A DNA stretch of 63,911 bases, filler included, from Pelomyxa schiedti (GCA_020536535.1; 14 parts of 14 records of this genome joined end to end with filler, not necessarily neighbours in it), one strand, 5' to 3'; positions 32,429 to 44,475 are shown, counted from the whole stretch's first letter. Notes: generated by a model from the letters alone, not told the origin. A program made the numbers and translations.

Positions 32429-33622
32429 TCATGAAGAGAAGAAAGTGAAGACCCTCTGTATCCAAGGAAGGACATCGGGCTGAAAATTCAATGAAACAAG
32501 CACGCGTCCTGAACTTGCGTCCTCAACTGTGATGCATTTCCTCTTGTTGGAATCGACAGGGCCAGTGGCCTCATGAAGCCGGAAAAAGAACCCAGAACGG
32601 GCAACCCACTGACAAATGTCGTTGTGGTGCACAACCCTGAGTGGCTTTGTCGAGTCGTTGCAGTCCCAGAACTCGACACCTACCTCAGCTGACCTGGGTC
32701 CGATTATTCTGGAAACCAAGAAGATTCTTCTGTCCAGTTGTGACAGCTGTGCAGTTCGTTCTGTCACTGACAAATAAGTGACATTTCCAGTGGCTTCTTC
32801 GACTAGTTGAACTGGTTTAATCCCGGGTTCTGACCCAAGAATATTAGTCACAATGAACACGTTGGTACCCTCATCCCTCTTCATGCACAGCAGTGACCCA
32901 TTGGTGCCAATAGGTAACCTTGGTGGATCGCAGTGCCGTCGTTTGCTTTGTGTCATAAATTTGCTGAAGGCTGGAAACAGTGATCAATAAGGTGGGGTGT
33001 TGTTCGTCACACTCATGCAGAACAACAAACACAGCTTCCTCTGGATTTGAACTGCTGATTCCAAGCCAAAGAACTGTGGAACGCCAGGGAGGCCTGGTGG
33101 CATAAATCTCAGGTCAGTGACCTTTGCCACATAGAAGACATCGCGCCAGTTGTTGTCCATTCCAAGGCAAATCATCCACTTGTTGTTGGATGAAAAATAC
33201 AACGTCCCCTGCATGTTGACAATTGTGGTTTCCTCTCCATTCACAGTGTTCACAATCCTGGACCAGTTGGAGTAAAACACAGTGTCAGTGACACAGTCCC
33301 CAGATTGGTACTCACAGTTGCTCGTGGTGACGTCACCTACGATACCCAGCGTCAGTGGAGACACACGAAACCTCACGCAATGTGACGTGATTCCCCCAGC
33401 CTGGAGTCCCCACAAGATCCCAAGGAGAACCGTGGCGGATGACGACGTGATAGAGTCCCACAATTGCCTCACGAGGGAGGGGTTGCAGCGGCACACGGTG
33501 CGCGCGGGGCTCGCCACTCCGCAGCGCTCGTGTCCCGCCATCATGAAAGCACAGAATTGGTCTCGGAACCGAAAAGAGACATATGAATCAAATACCGCTG
33601 GGAGGTTCCCGGCTTGGCTCAT
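32429..33622 (-). CDS. HxRCG-SP motif family protein (predicted beta-rich/propeller body), member 1
   Basis: FRDQFCAFMMAGHERCGVASPAR..RFRVSPLTLGIV; after one intron the C-terminus reads EFWDCNDSTKPLRVV..ARSGFFF..ITVEDASSGRVLV. Confidence 0.7.
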
Positions 33623-33899
33623 TCCTTTTTATTGCTCCTTGGTTTTTGGGTCTTGATTTCTGCGAACTAGGAACTTCGATTCAGCCAGGATGAAGAACCA
33701 AGAAACACATAGAGCTAGGACACTCTTAATCTTCGTTTTCCGACATTAAATCAGTTGTTTTTCCTTGGTTTCAGAACAGACAATCTAGATACCTACGTAT
33801 CTCGTAATATCACGAGAAAAAAAAACGCGAAGTTTATTAGCCTCGTTCTCCTTCAGGCTTCTGTACCCCATAAGGGTAAATATCCCCCTCTATCTGGGG

Positions 33900-36006
33900 T
33901 CAAGAGGAAGACGTGGCAGTTGGTTCTGTGTGATTGCGGTGGTCAGGGAATGCTGCTGCGATGTTTGCGAGGCACCTGGTTATGTGACCGGTAACGTCGT
34001 CGTCAGTTGTGGGAGTATTGTTTGTCACCGTGCTAGTTGTTGCTGCTGTCGTTGTTGCTGTCGACGGGTCAGGACTGGAATTTGTGAACACGATCTCGGC
34101 ACAAGTCACCAACACTTTGTCAATTGCCGGGAATGACGGTCGATCGATTTCTGTGTGTGAGTGTGAAGGAGGGACAGAATGGAAAGAAAAAACGAACCGA
34201 GGAGCGAGAGGCAGGATTCAACAACGACAGAGAACAGACCAACGCACGCACGGTGCACGTTGATCATCTTGGGCTGCGAACGTAACGCGGAAATGATGGC
34301 AATCTTCCGGCTGAGGCACTCCACGACGGGATAATCCCCAACGTCATCACAAAGCCGGTCCAATTCTGTGTGTGGGTGTGAGAGAGAGGAGTTGGCTCTT
34401 ATTGTTGTAAACAACAAACCGGCAATTTCCGGGGCTGAGAGTGATGCCCGCTGGGCCCTCATAAATTCTGTTACTTGGGCAGCGGACTTCGGCATCTTTA
34501 CTGGTGGCACTTCGCCTTGAAGAAGTTCACTCACCAAAACCGCAAACTCCCACATGTCTCCTTTTGAATGTGTTTGTTTATGTGTGATGCAGAGTTAATA
34601 TTGAGTGAACTATCAACAGGATGAAACTCAACAACATACAAATACCTTGAATTCCGTAGTGCCCAGTGTGCATCTGTGGTGGCAAGTAAATTGGTGTTCC
34701 AGCCCCTTTTGTAAAACTCCCAATCATAGCTGGTTTACTCCCGTGGCCGATTTGGTGCTGCTGGAGGGCTCTTGATACTCCTTGGATTGAGTTGAGTGTG
34801 TTGAGGCATGTGTGTGTCTGTGTCAGAAAGTACCAAAGTCAGTTATTTTTGGAGTTCCACAAGAATCGAGGAGAACGTTGTTACTGCTCAGGTCCCGGTG
34901 CATGTAGTTCCTCCTGTGTTTTTTTATTATTATTGCATTTTTTTTTGTTTTTAAGCCAATCAACGTAAATGATATTTTTTTTAAAAGAGTGCAAGAAGAA
35001 TTGAAATTGAATGAAACCTGTGAAGTGCAGTCATTCCTTTGGCAATTCCGGAAGAAACTGCCACAACTTCGGTGAATGTCAAATCTTTCTAATAATTGTG
35101 TATGATAGATATAGATTCATATTTACAATTTGAGTGAGTCCAACTAAAAACAAGTGGGAGGAAGAGGGTGCAAAAAACAAACATGTTGAAGGAGCTGCCT
35201 GAGACTCATTTCCATGAGTTCAGACACGATCCAGAGTGACCCTGTGCTCGTGACGCAAGTGCCAAGGCATCTCACAATGTTTGGGTGCCTCAAGCTTGAC
35301 GAAACCTGGTGAGTTGATGGATGAATGTTTAGAACGCAAGATGATGAGAGACAAAACTCCGTCTCACTCACCAGAGCTTCCTGCTGAAACCTGGTGATGT
35401 TGAACTCAGACTTGATGGCGTCGTGAAGTGCTTTAATTGCCACAAACGTTGGTGTTCTTTCTGATGAGGAGGATGATGATGAGGAGGAGGAAGTGGTTAT
35501 CCCGTTGTGATCATGGAAGGTGCACTTGAAAACAGTTCCATACGAGCCGACTCCAAGTGGGGAAACAACTTTCAGGTCTTTCTCTTGGATTGACATGGTT
35601 GATTTGATTCGAACCTTGACAACAACACCTCTGTTTCTGTTGCTGCTGCCGCTGTCTTGTTGTCGCTGTTGAATGTCACTCAAGGTAATGGATGAATCGG
35701 TTAGCAGTTCCTCAGAGTTGTTGTTTTCTGAACCGACAGTGAAAATCACTTGTTGTGTTGGTTCAACTCCAAACTTCCTTGAAACGATAAGCTTCACAAT
35801 CTTTTTTGAGCAACAAAACAACCAGTTAGAAACATTGCAAACAACGAGAAAAAAAGGAAAGGTTCAAAAAGAAAAGAAGTGGAGATTCAAGAGAGGAAAG
35901 CACCATTTGAAGGGGACAGGATCCACACACAATTTCATCAAATGAGGGAAGGTCCTCAAACGTGATCCTGAGTTGCGATTGCTTGCAGCCGTTGGTCTTA
36001 TTGTTT
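33900..36006 (-). CDS. Ubiquitin-like domain + TKL protein kinase, multi-exon
   Basis: UBL-like IVKLIVSRKFGVEPTQQVIF..LLTDSSITLSDI. Kinase LGVGSYGTVFK, VAIK, HPNIVRCLG, MHRDLSSNNVLL, ITDF|GVSR, GAGTPIYLPPQM, DMWEFAVL. The 5' end may be truncated. Confidence 0.85.
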
Positions 36007-36958
36007 NNNNNNNNNNNNNNNNNNNNNNNNNNNNNNNNNNNNNNNNNNNNTTAATTAATTAANNNNNNNNNNNNNNNNNNNNNNNNNNNNNNNNNNNNNN
36101 NNNNNNTGTCGCAAATCCGGCATCACCGGTCATGGGGGCAAACAGCTCCGCTTTGGGATGCGAATACAATGCCCCACGTCACGACCCACAGTTTGGTGTC
36201 TGCTGCCAGACCCGAGAACCTTTCACCAAACAGATCTAGCCCCAGTGGGCAATGGATATGACACAACAATTCGCTTTTGAAGAAAAAAGAGGGAGCCGGC
36301 CAACAATCACAGTTTTCGTGAAATCTGTAAAAAAATTTAATTCCCTATCCCCTTGTAACTGGTCCTTGTACGCAATGCGTTGTGTGGCATCAATGAAAGT
36401 GTGTCCATTGTGTTGTACAAGTCATTGCCAACAATACACAGGAGCGAGAAGCCGAATCACTTCCGTTCCGGGGGAGAAAGAGGGTCCGGGAGGTTCATTG
36501 AGGTTCACAGAGGAAATCCAAAAAAAAAGATGGACCTCCTGGAAACCGATCCTAGACCCTCCAGTGGTCAGACAGCCTGTCCAAATCCTTGTCTGCAGCA
36601 CTTTCACTGGAGGGTCCTCCTCCTCACTTGGTACTATTCATTCAAATGGGACACACTCGGTGGGCTTACGACACACAGCCGCGGACATAGTGATGATTGC
36701 GAAAAAAAATTATTTTTTCCCTCTTCAGCTGTCGTGTTTCCGGCAACACCGGTCTTGGTGCAACTCTTTGTGGTCCTGTGGTCACAACGCACCACGTCAC
36801 AGAGCACAATTCGGTGGTTTTCTGAGCTCCCGTGTCAAAGGAGGAAAAAAGTCCTGTCTTCGCCTAACAGACTCAGTTCATCTCTCTGCCCTTTTGCACT
36901 CCAGCAAAACAAAAATGCTTCACAACAAGTGCTTGGTACGTTTCTGTGGGCTTCCACC

Positions 36959-37137
36959 TGTGTACTTCCACAAAGTACACGAACTCGGCCTTGCTTGCGA
37001 GGCTCTGAAGTCTGGTGGACTTTAGCGGGATTGGAGAGACTGAGGACTGAGCCGAATCTGGACTATTACCAGAATGAGACAGCGAAGGTAATGATCAGCG
37101 CACAGCGCAGCTGGGCGCACAAATACAGCAACAACAA
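36959..37137 (+). mobile_element. Copy B of the ~400-bp TGT...ACA element (cut by contig end)
   Basis: Starts exactly at TGTGTACTTCCACAAAGTACAC and is nearly identical to 63169 onward; the upstream flank is unrelated. Confidence 0.9.
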
Positions 37138-37237
37138 NNNNNNNNNNNNNNNNNNNNNNNNNNNNNNNNNNNNNNNNNNNNTTAATTAATTAANNNNNNN
37201 NNNNNNNNNNNNNNNNNNNNNNNNNNNNNNNNNNNNN

Positions 37238-37472
37238 CAAGAAGCGGTGACAAGGAGAAACAGAAGTGCTTCTTCCACTTCCCGGAATGCAAGATACCAA
37301 GCCACCCCCACCCGCGCACACAAACCCTCACCTCAGTCAATTCCAGGGCAACGAAATCGACAAGGAACCTCGTGAGTGCGCCCTGGCATCCCACAATGGC
37401 CACTGGGCTGCGCGCCCCGCACCTGGGGTGCGTACCAGCCATAAGTTCCAGAACCCCGGGGCAACAAACCAT
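37238..37472 (-). CDS. HxRCG-SP family member 2 (N-terminal fragment)
   Basis: MVCCPGVLELMAGTHPRCGARSPVAIVGCQGALTRFLVDFVAL. Confidence 0.6.
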
Positions 37473-37669
37473 GAGGAGGTCGGACTTCGGCCGAGTGAAT
37501 TTAATTGACGTGGCCACGAGATCCCTCCTTGCTGTAATCGTCGTGCTGGCGATTGGTGCCTCAGTTTCAGGCGACCGGACTGAAGCACCGCCGGCACCCC
37601 ACAGCGTTTGTCCCATCAGTTTTTTCTTTGAACTTTGCGAACCATCAAAAAGAGAAATCAAAATGGGAG

Positions 37670-38412
37670 ATGAGGTGGTGCCCGGAGAAGGATGGAAGAG
37701 CTACCGCCAACACACACCCACCACGACAAGGAGGAAGCCCCAGGATCGAGGCAGTGATCAGGGCGCGGGACCAGTTCATGGCCGTGGCCGCAGGCGCACT
37801 GGTGGGCAGGTGCGGGCGCACGAGCCCAGTGACCGCGGCGTGGTCTCGCGGCACAGTCGCGTCGCTGTGGGAGTTCGGCCGCTCCTGGGTCCTGTGCCCC
37901 TCCACGCCCATCGGCATGACTCTCATACAACGCCCAGGGAGGGTCCACGTGTCGCTGGGGGTGTCGCCCACTCTCGGGGTGGTCTACTGCGAGTGCATCG
38001 ACAGCGTGCCCGCGACGAGCGTGACCCGGGCGCTGTGCTACGTGGCCGGGGCCATTGGCGACAACCGCCTCGTGATGGTGTGTGAGAACACCTTGTGCGT
38101 CGTCGTTGGTGGGGCGCATGGGGTGCTGCGCACGTTGGCGCCGTTTCGTGGTGGTGTCCTTGAATGCAGCAGGAGCTGGATCGTGAGGAAAGACCCCAGG
38201 AGTCTGGATTTATGGAAGGTCAGCGAGGGAGAGCCACAGGATGGCCCACCGCACACTGTCAGCGGAAAGTTCCCGCAGGAGTCTCTTCACCTCAGCGGGG
38301 ACACTCTTGTGATGTGGGGTGGCAACCTAAAAAGGGCCAAGCTGCGGACATCTTCAGCCAGTGCCGTGTTTGTTGACCTGCAGAAAACCTACACAAGCAG
38401 TGAAGTGAGCAT
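37670..38412 (+). CDS. HxRCG-SP family member 3 (3' truncated)
   Basis: IRARDQFMAVAAGALVGRCGRTSPVTAAW..HVSLGVSPTLGVV; continuous ORF to the contig end. Confidence 0.7.
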
Positions 38413-38512
38413 NNNNNNNNNNNNNNNNNNNNNNNNNNNNNNNNNNNNNNNNNNNNTTAATTAATTAANNNNNNNNNNNNNNNNNNNNNNNNNNNNNNNN
38501 NNNNNNNNNNNN

Positions 38513-38879
38513 ACAGATACTTGGCCCCAACAACCCACTCCTTTGGCAGTTCGGCTCCCATAACGCACAACGGCGTGCCAAGCACGCCCAGGGTGGCCTT
38601 TGAAAATTTCGCAATGACCCACAGCGAAGTCTGTGATCGCTCCCTGTTCCTCTCAACATCACCAAATAGCTGCAACGTGGTGACCTGGTCGGGGGCATCA
38701 AGCCATTCACGAATGAGGACTGACAGCAGGACTGGGAGTGCAACAAGCGAGACTGGCGATTTACTACCGCATCGCTGGTGTGTTCCCATAATCAGCGACG
38801 TCACCTGGTCGGGCCAGTGCATGAGGATGTTGACGCAACCAACGAATTTCGCCTCGGGTGTCGATGACGTGATACCCAT
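38513..38879 (-). CDS. HxRCG-SP family member 4 (3' truncated)
   Basis: MGITSS..WPDQVTSLIMGTHQRCGSKSPVSLVALPVLLSVLIREWL..KFSKATLGVL. Confidence 0.65.
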
Positions 38880-38946
38880 TTTTTCCCTGAAAGTTATTGT
38901 AACTTGATACACAGTTCTAGTCAAACAGAAAAGAATCTCTTGAAGC

Positions 38947-40488
38947 TCAAACCAGAAGAGAAAATACACCACCTGCCAGGAGGTGGGCAGGATACTTGAA
39001 CAAGAAAACAACAATCCCTGATGGGTCAGTGACCTGCACGCAGGAAACTGACCATGAGTCCCTTGTGACAGTGCAAACAAATCCACCCGCAGCAAACATG
39101 CTGGTGCAACCCACTGGGCATTGCACGGTCCTCAGTGGCCTGCTGAAGTCCCGGCTGTTGCAGTCCCATATCTCATACCATGTGGGCCAATTCACTGCAG
39201 GAAGGGAACCTGGGTCACCAGGTGGTGCTGTGATGGTGCATTTGTGCTTTGCAACACAGAACAGGCTACTGCTGAGCTGACAGAGGGTGTCAACGAGTGT
39301 AAGGCCACTACCCTCATCATCATTTCCAGTGCCCACAGTGGTCTGTATGCCAGTTCCTTCTTCAATCACAACAACAGACTGGTATCTATCATCAAGGATA
39401 GTAACAAAAACGTGAGCCCCACTCAGCTTCCTTAGTACCACACTGAATCCAATCTCACAGTTAGAAGCACCAAATTTGCAAGTAGTCGAACTCACCTCAC
39501 AGAACTTCTTGGTTGCCCAGGTCCTAGACACATCAATCACCCTCATATTGGCCAGATACACCCCGCTCCTGCGCTGTGAGGAATCACCTACCAACATAAG
39601 AACGGCCTCATCAGGAACAGCGTGATTGAAGAACAGTGACAACTTGGTGTCACTGCTGTGATAGGCCCGGGGCATGGCCCTCGGCACTTCTACGAGGCAC
39701 CTGGCCCCGGCGTCGCTCCCATAAGTGGGAGTGACTGACAGGTGGGACACTCTTCCGAGGCACCCCAAGAGCCACTTGCCGGTGGCCACCAGGGTGACGG
39801 GCGTGCGTTCCTCCCATAATCCCAGCCTCTCGCCCGTTGCGATGCGGGACGTGTCCACGCACCAGCCCCTCGGCGATCTGAAGAGGGACACGGCACTGTG
39901 GGTGTTTACGGAGACAAGGGTCGAGGTGGGCCTATCGTCGTTCCAGCAGCTGACATCATGAGTGATTGAGCCAGTGAGGGGCGAAATTCCAAACGTGACC
40001 ATGGTGTTTTGTGGAATGAATGACATGGGCCCGACCTTGAGGCAGATGAACAATGATGGGAAGTCGACGAGCCAGCCCCAAAGCACCCTCAACGCACTCC
40101 ACAGTGCACTACTCTGACAGGGGCTGTTGACGGTTGTAGTGCAACTTGTGCGGCAGGCGGCCGAGGCAGAATTGTGGGATAGGACGCACGGCGACGTCGC
40201 TGCAGTCATCAACGACGGCCTGAGAGTGCAAGTCTCGGAGCCGCCACAACGAGGGTGCGTGGACATCAACAGGGCAAGGAACAGGTCGCGAATGCGGCAC
40301 GCGGACGTGGTGCACGACATTCCCGGCGGCAGGGGCACAATTGTGGGACGGTAAGGCGGTGGCGGCGACGGTGGGGCCGAAGCTGCAGCGGTCGCCGCCC
40401 CGCCCGTTGATCGGCTCACTTTTGGCGGTTCGCCATCCTCGTCACTGTCGTGGTCAGACTCGTCGCCTTCGTAGTCCTCGTCATACAT
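38947..40488 (-). CDS. HxRCG-SP family member 5, complete intronless 513-aa ORF
   Basis: IRDLFLALLMSTHPRCGGS..TFGISPLTGSI..YEIWDCNSRDFSRPLRTV..AAGGFVC..VQVTDPSGIVV; the C-terminus aligns by eye with member 1. Confidence 0.8.
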   Translation of the reverse strand: MYDEDYEGDESDHDSDEDGEPPKVSRSTGGAATAAASAPPSPPPPYRPTIVPLPPGMSCTTSACRIRDLFLALLMSTHPRCGGSETCTLRPSLMTAATSPCVLSHNSASAACRTSCTTTVNSPCQSSALWSALRVLWGWLVDFPSLFICLKVGPMSFIPQNTMVTFGISPLTGSITHDVSCWNDDRPTSTLVSVNTHSAVSLFRSPRGWCVDTSRIATGERLGLWEERTPVTLVATGKWLLGCLGRVSHLSVTPTYGSDAGARCLVEVPRAMPRAYHSSDTKLSLFFNHAVPDEAVLMLVGDSSQRRSGVYLANMRVIDVSRTWATKKFCEVSSTTCKFGASNCEIGFSVVLRKLSGAHVFVTILDDRYQSVVVIEEGTGIQTTVGTGNDDEGSGLTLVDTLCQLSSSLFCVAKHKCTITAPPGDPGSLPAVNWPTWYEIWDCNSRDFSRPLRTVQCPVGCTSMFAAGGFVCTVTRDSWSVSCVQVTDPSGIVVFLFKYPAHLLAGGVFSLLV

Positions 40489-40821
40489 CTGCGTCTTGTT
40501 GACTCTCTGTTATGGGATTTGGTTTTAACCGTATGTGCCAGAAAACTTTCGTTTGGAACCAAAAAGGTTCGTTTGATTTCATTTCTTGGTGCTTTGGATG
40601 ACTTAGATGTTGAGGTTGTTTTCTGTGAGCTGTTGCTTGAGTTGTTCGAGCTGTTCAGGGGACATGTCCGGGGCTGGTACATATGTGGNNNNNNNNNNNN
40701 NNNNNNNNNNNNNNNNNNNNNNNNNNNNNNNNTTAATTAATTAANNNNNNNNNNNNNNNNNNNNNNNNNNNNNNNNNNNNNNNNNNNNCACCATGTCTTC
40801 CCAACGCTGTTTGTATATTTA

Positions 40822-41040
40822 TCACCTTGTTTCGGTTGAGAGACAGCCCTGCGTTGCAAAGAAAGCAATTTTTTTATATTTTCGAGTAAACTCCATTGGC
40901 CGTCCCAAGACTCTTGCTACATGCATTCCTCCCGAGTGCATGCTACACTTGATAGGCGGCAATCCTGGCAAGTTGAGAGTCTGCTGGTTGCAGTCAATGA
41001 CAGCCCCCACGTGGGTAAGCCAGTCTATCCCCAGCACCAA
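40822..41040 (-). mobile_element. Ty3/gypsy-like retropepsin (aspartic protease) C-terminal remnant
   Basis: LVLGIDWLTHVGAVIDCNQQTLNL matches the retropepsin C-terminal pattern ILGMDWL...AVIDC..+TL. No catalytic D(S/T)G is visible upstream. Confidence 0.6.
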
Positions 41041-41400
41041 ACAAATATGTCAACTTTTGGGGAGCATATAGTGGCCAGGCTGCACCCAGAGATAGAATCT
41101 GGAAAACTGCTGCCACTATCACCTGTGGTGCTTTTTGCACTGTGAACTCCTGTAAATCCACAGAACCCAGCCAGTGTGACACAGGTAACATTGTGGTTGT
41201 TGTGGTAAGTAGGATGTTGCTCTTCACCACACGACAAAAGCAGAAACACACCAAAGAGACAATACAATGATGTGGCCAACTCCACAAAGTTCAGGCCCAC
41301 ACAAACCAACCACCCTGTGAGCTCATTGGCAGTTCCACACTTGTAATAGCTTTGTTTCCCCAAGACTAAATAACACAACAATACTTTATTCAACAACCAA
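41025..41400 (-). pseudogene. Degenerate duplicate of the upstream pseudokinase C-lobe
   Basis: Shares CAAATATGTCAACTTTTGGGGAGCA (CSPKVDIF) with 41741-41765. VKSNILL and SPKVDIF lie in different frames. Confidence 0.5.
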
Positions 41401-41486
41401 TTTAACAGCCATTGTGATCTTGTTGAAACAGACTGGTCATTCTAATCCCATGATATAAAGTCTATTCCACTACCTACCAAGAACTG

Positions 41487-44170
41487 TTAATTAGAGTTGC
41501 CTGTTCCCAGATTCTGCCCAGCAGACCGATTCTCCAACATACAGAGTATCTTATTAAGACTTTCAAGTACCTGCCAAGCTGCTGGCCTCTGGTTGAGCTT
41601 AGTAGTCACACACTGGTTGATAAGATTCACCAACTGGGGTTTTGTGTTAGGGGCAGTGGCCATAACAATACCAGTGGCTGTGATGTGGCACCGAAGCAGT
41701 GTTGGCTTGGGTGTGAGCTCTGACAGAATCACCCCAAATGCAAATATGTCAACTTTTGGGGAGCAGGAAAGTGGGTTCACATTTATGCCCCTGATGGATG
41801 TGCAGCTATTGCCATCGTCAGAGATGTCTCTACCTTTGCTGCCTGTATCGGCATGGAAGGTGACCAGTTCAGTGATCACCTTGTCACCTTCTGTGGTAAC
41901 AACAACATTCTCCAGCTTAAGATTGCTGAATACAGTGCCGTGAAGGTGGAGGTCCATGATGGTGGTGATTATGTCCTTGGCAATTACCAGTGCTTCAGAG
42001 AGCTCCATGGTGGATATGTGCTTCTCCAGGTAGGTCTTGAGTGTGAAGTGGAACTGTGGGTGCACCATGCACCATACCTTGGGGTTCTCTCTGAATACCG
42101 TTTGAAGCTTCAGAACATGGGTAGAGCACTGCGCCATTTGGCTCCAGTAATACAGGTTCTCAAAGAACGCACTCTGGTACTCTTTGCTGCGCTTTCTCAG
42201 ATCAACCTTCACAGTACCAGTTTGATTGTTATTCATTGAGTGTTCCAGAGGCAAAAGATCGGCAGTAGTAGCCGTTGTAGTGGTTGAAGTAGTAGTCACT
42301 GTGGTTGATGATGCTGGAGTAGAAGTTGTGGTTTCCGCTACCGCCGGCGTTGTCATTATGGGTTCCCCTGACGTGCTGGTATCATTGGCTAATGCGTCAG
42401 TCTTCCAGGCTAAAAACGAATCGTGGTCATTGGCTACAGTAGTTACACTGCTACTGCTCGACGTCGTCGTAGTGGTAGTTGCAGGGATGCCGGTATCGAC
42501 AGGGGTAACGTGGCTGCTGCTGTTGTTTGGGCATAGTGGCACTGCAATGCATGCCGGTGTTGATGTTTCTGTGGATGACCATGAACTGGCTGAAGTTTGG
42601 ACTGTCCGCTCCTGCAATATCTCGCACCGTTTCTCAAGCGCCTCAGCATTCAGTTTTCCAAAAAGGAGACGCAGATCCTGCACATCTGCTGTATTCCCAG
42701 CACCAAAAATATTTTTCATTTTCTCTCTCTGCTTACAGAGGACTGTCACCTTATCTAGATAGGACTGGAAATACTGAGTTGTACGTTCACGGCACACCTC
42801 TTCCAGTTCCTGTCGTTGTTTTTCTACCTTTGTTCTGTCACATAGAGAGTCAAGCATGTGTTGTGCTACAATCTTGTTAAAGTCTGCATTAGCAAGTCCA
42901 TCCATGGCAGACAGCACCCCCGCTCCTGTTATTCCTAAAAGTGAACACATACTTAGTCCAAGTGCCACTGCCAATGCCGCACTGGCTCCTCCAGTGAGTG
43001 GTACGGCAGCAACTGCTGCTAAACACGCAACAAATCCAAGACCAGTGAGTCCCACTGCACCTCCCTGTGCGAGTCGGTGCATCTTATGATTGTAGGTAGG
43101 AGCTGCACCCAGGAGTAGCTTTCTCACGTCATTGTCTTCGATTTCCATAATTTTTTGACATTCTGTTTTTACATCATCTTGTATTTTCTTGCGCATTTCA
43201 GTAATCACAGGATGAACCACTTTTACTGTTAGCCAAGCACCAAGCTTTTTGGTAATCTCGCTCTGGGCTTGTTCTGTTTTTGAGGTAATTGACCTGGGGT
43301 TATACTCCAAGGGTAGAGAAATAGCTTTCTTAAGGAACTCATCTTTGAATTCACGTACTTTTTGTTCTAGAAGCTCTGGAAGCGCCTTTGTGCATTCAGT
43401 GATCCTAGCCAAGATGATTACTTGCGCGGCCTCAATCCTCTCAGTGGCAACATCTCTTTTTGTCTCGAGATCTCCAGTAGAGCACAATACCGCAAGATTA
43501 TTGAAGAAGGTTCCTGATGCGGCCGATATTTGTTCAAGTGCCTGACAGCACTGCCTCTGCTGAGCAGCAATTATCCAGTGCAAGAATTTGTTCATGAATA
43601 ACCCATGTGTAAATTTTCTGAATGGGTCCTGGAACAGTGAGTCCAGAGCACTCACACAACAAAAAGACGTGCAGGTTGCAAAATCTTTAGGAATGTTGAA
43701 CCACCTGGTTGCTGGTGACTGAAGCATCTGCTTGAGGTGCTCACCGTAAACTCTTGTAATAGCAGCCTCAGTTGGCCTGTCCCCGTGGAGATCAGCCACT
43801 ATTTTACGATGGTCAACACTGGTATTGGCAAAGAAAACCTCTGGTATGGATTCCTCTACTGAGAGGCCTTTTGAAGCCTGAAAAAGTAATTTTTCCAGAC
43901 TTGTCAAAGCGTGCTGTTCATTTAATTCAAATGCCGCTGTTGTAAAGCAGAAAACGACACCATGTGGACGGTAAGCTCCAAGGAACACAGGCATGAATTG
44001 AGAGATAGGTTTTCGAAACTGGTCACTCTTTGCATGGCCAGGCAGATCTACAAGTTCAATACCAGCCTTCAAAAGGGGCACAGGGTACTCCACAACGATG
44101 ATTGTGGTCAATATTTCTCGCTTCCTTTCTTCATTCTCATCTCCTTTTTTCTTGTCAGAGTAAACTTTAA
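41487..44170 (-). CDS. Dynamin-like GTPase (bacterial-DLP/mitofusin type) fused to a C-terminal pseudokinase (5' truncated)
   Basis: 874-aa ORF: VEYPVPLLKAGIELVDLPG (G3), VVFCF, FFANTSVD (G4-like), long helical bundle, Gly/Ala-rich hydrophobic hairpin GLTGLGFVACLAAVAAVPLTGGASAALAVALG, Thr-rich linker. Kinase-like fold LHLHGTVFSNLKLENVVV, KVDIFAFGVILSEL, LINQCVTTKLNQRPAAWQVL, lacking HRD and DFG. Confidence 0.75.
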
Positions 44171-44475
44171 NNNNNNNNNNNNNNNNNNNNNNNNNNNNNN
44201 NNNNNNNNNNNNNNTTAATTAATTAANNNNNNNNNNNNNNNNNNNNNNNNNNNNNNNNNNNNNNNNNNNNACACAAAACAAAAAAACCTGTGCAGTGTGC
44301 AGCAACTGTGAGGAAGTGCACTCACTGCCGTGCACCAATCAAAACTAAAACAGAGATACCTTGAACCACTGCCACAATCAAAAACAATCCACTTCCACAT
44401 TGGGATGAAACACAATTTTCACATTACATACATGGGGTTTTTCCTTCACAAATATCTCCTAAATTATTTCAGACA

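Noticed and set aside
36107-36958. ORFs 36252-37025 and 36380-37189, including a WDT.G-like word
   Set aside because: They read into the inserted element, frames conflict, and no domain could be supported.
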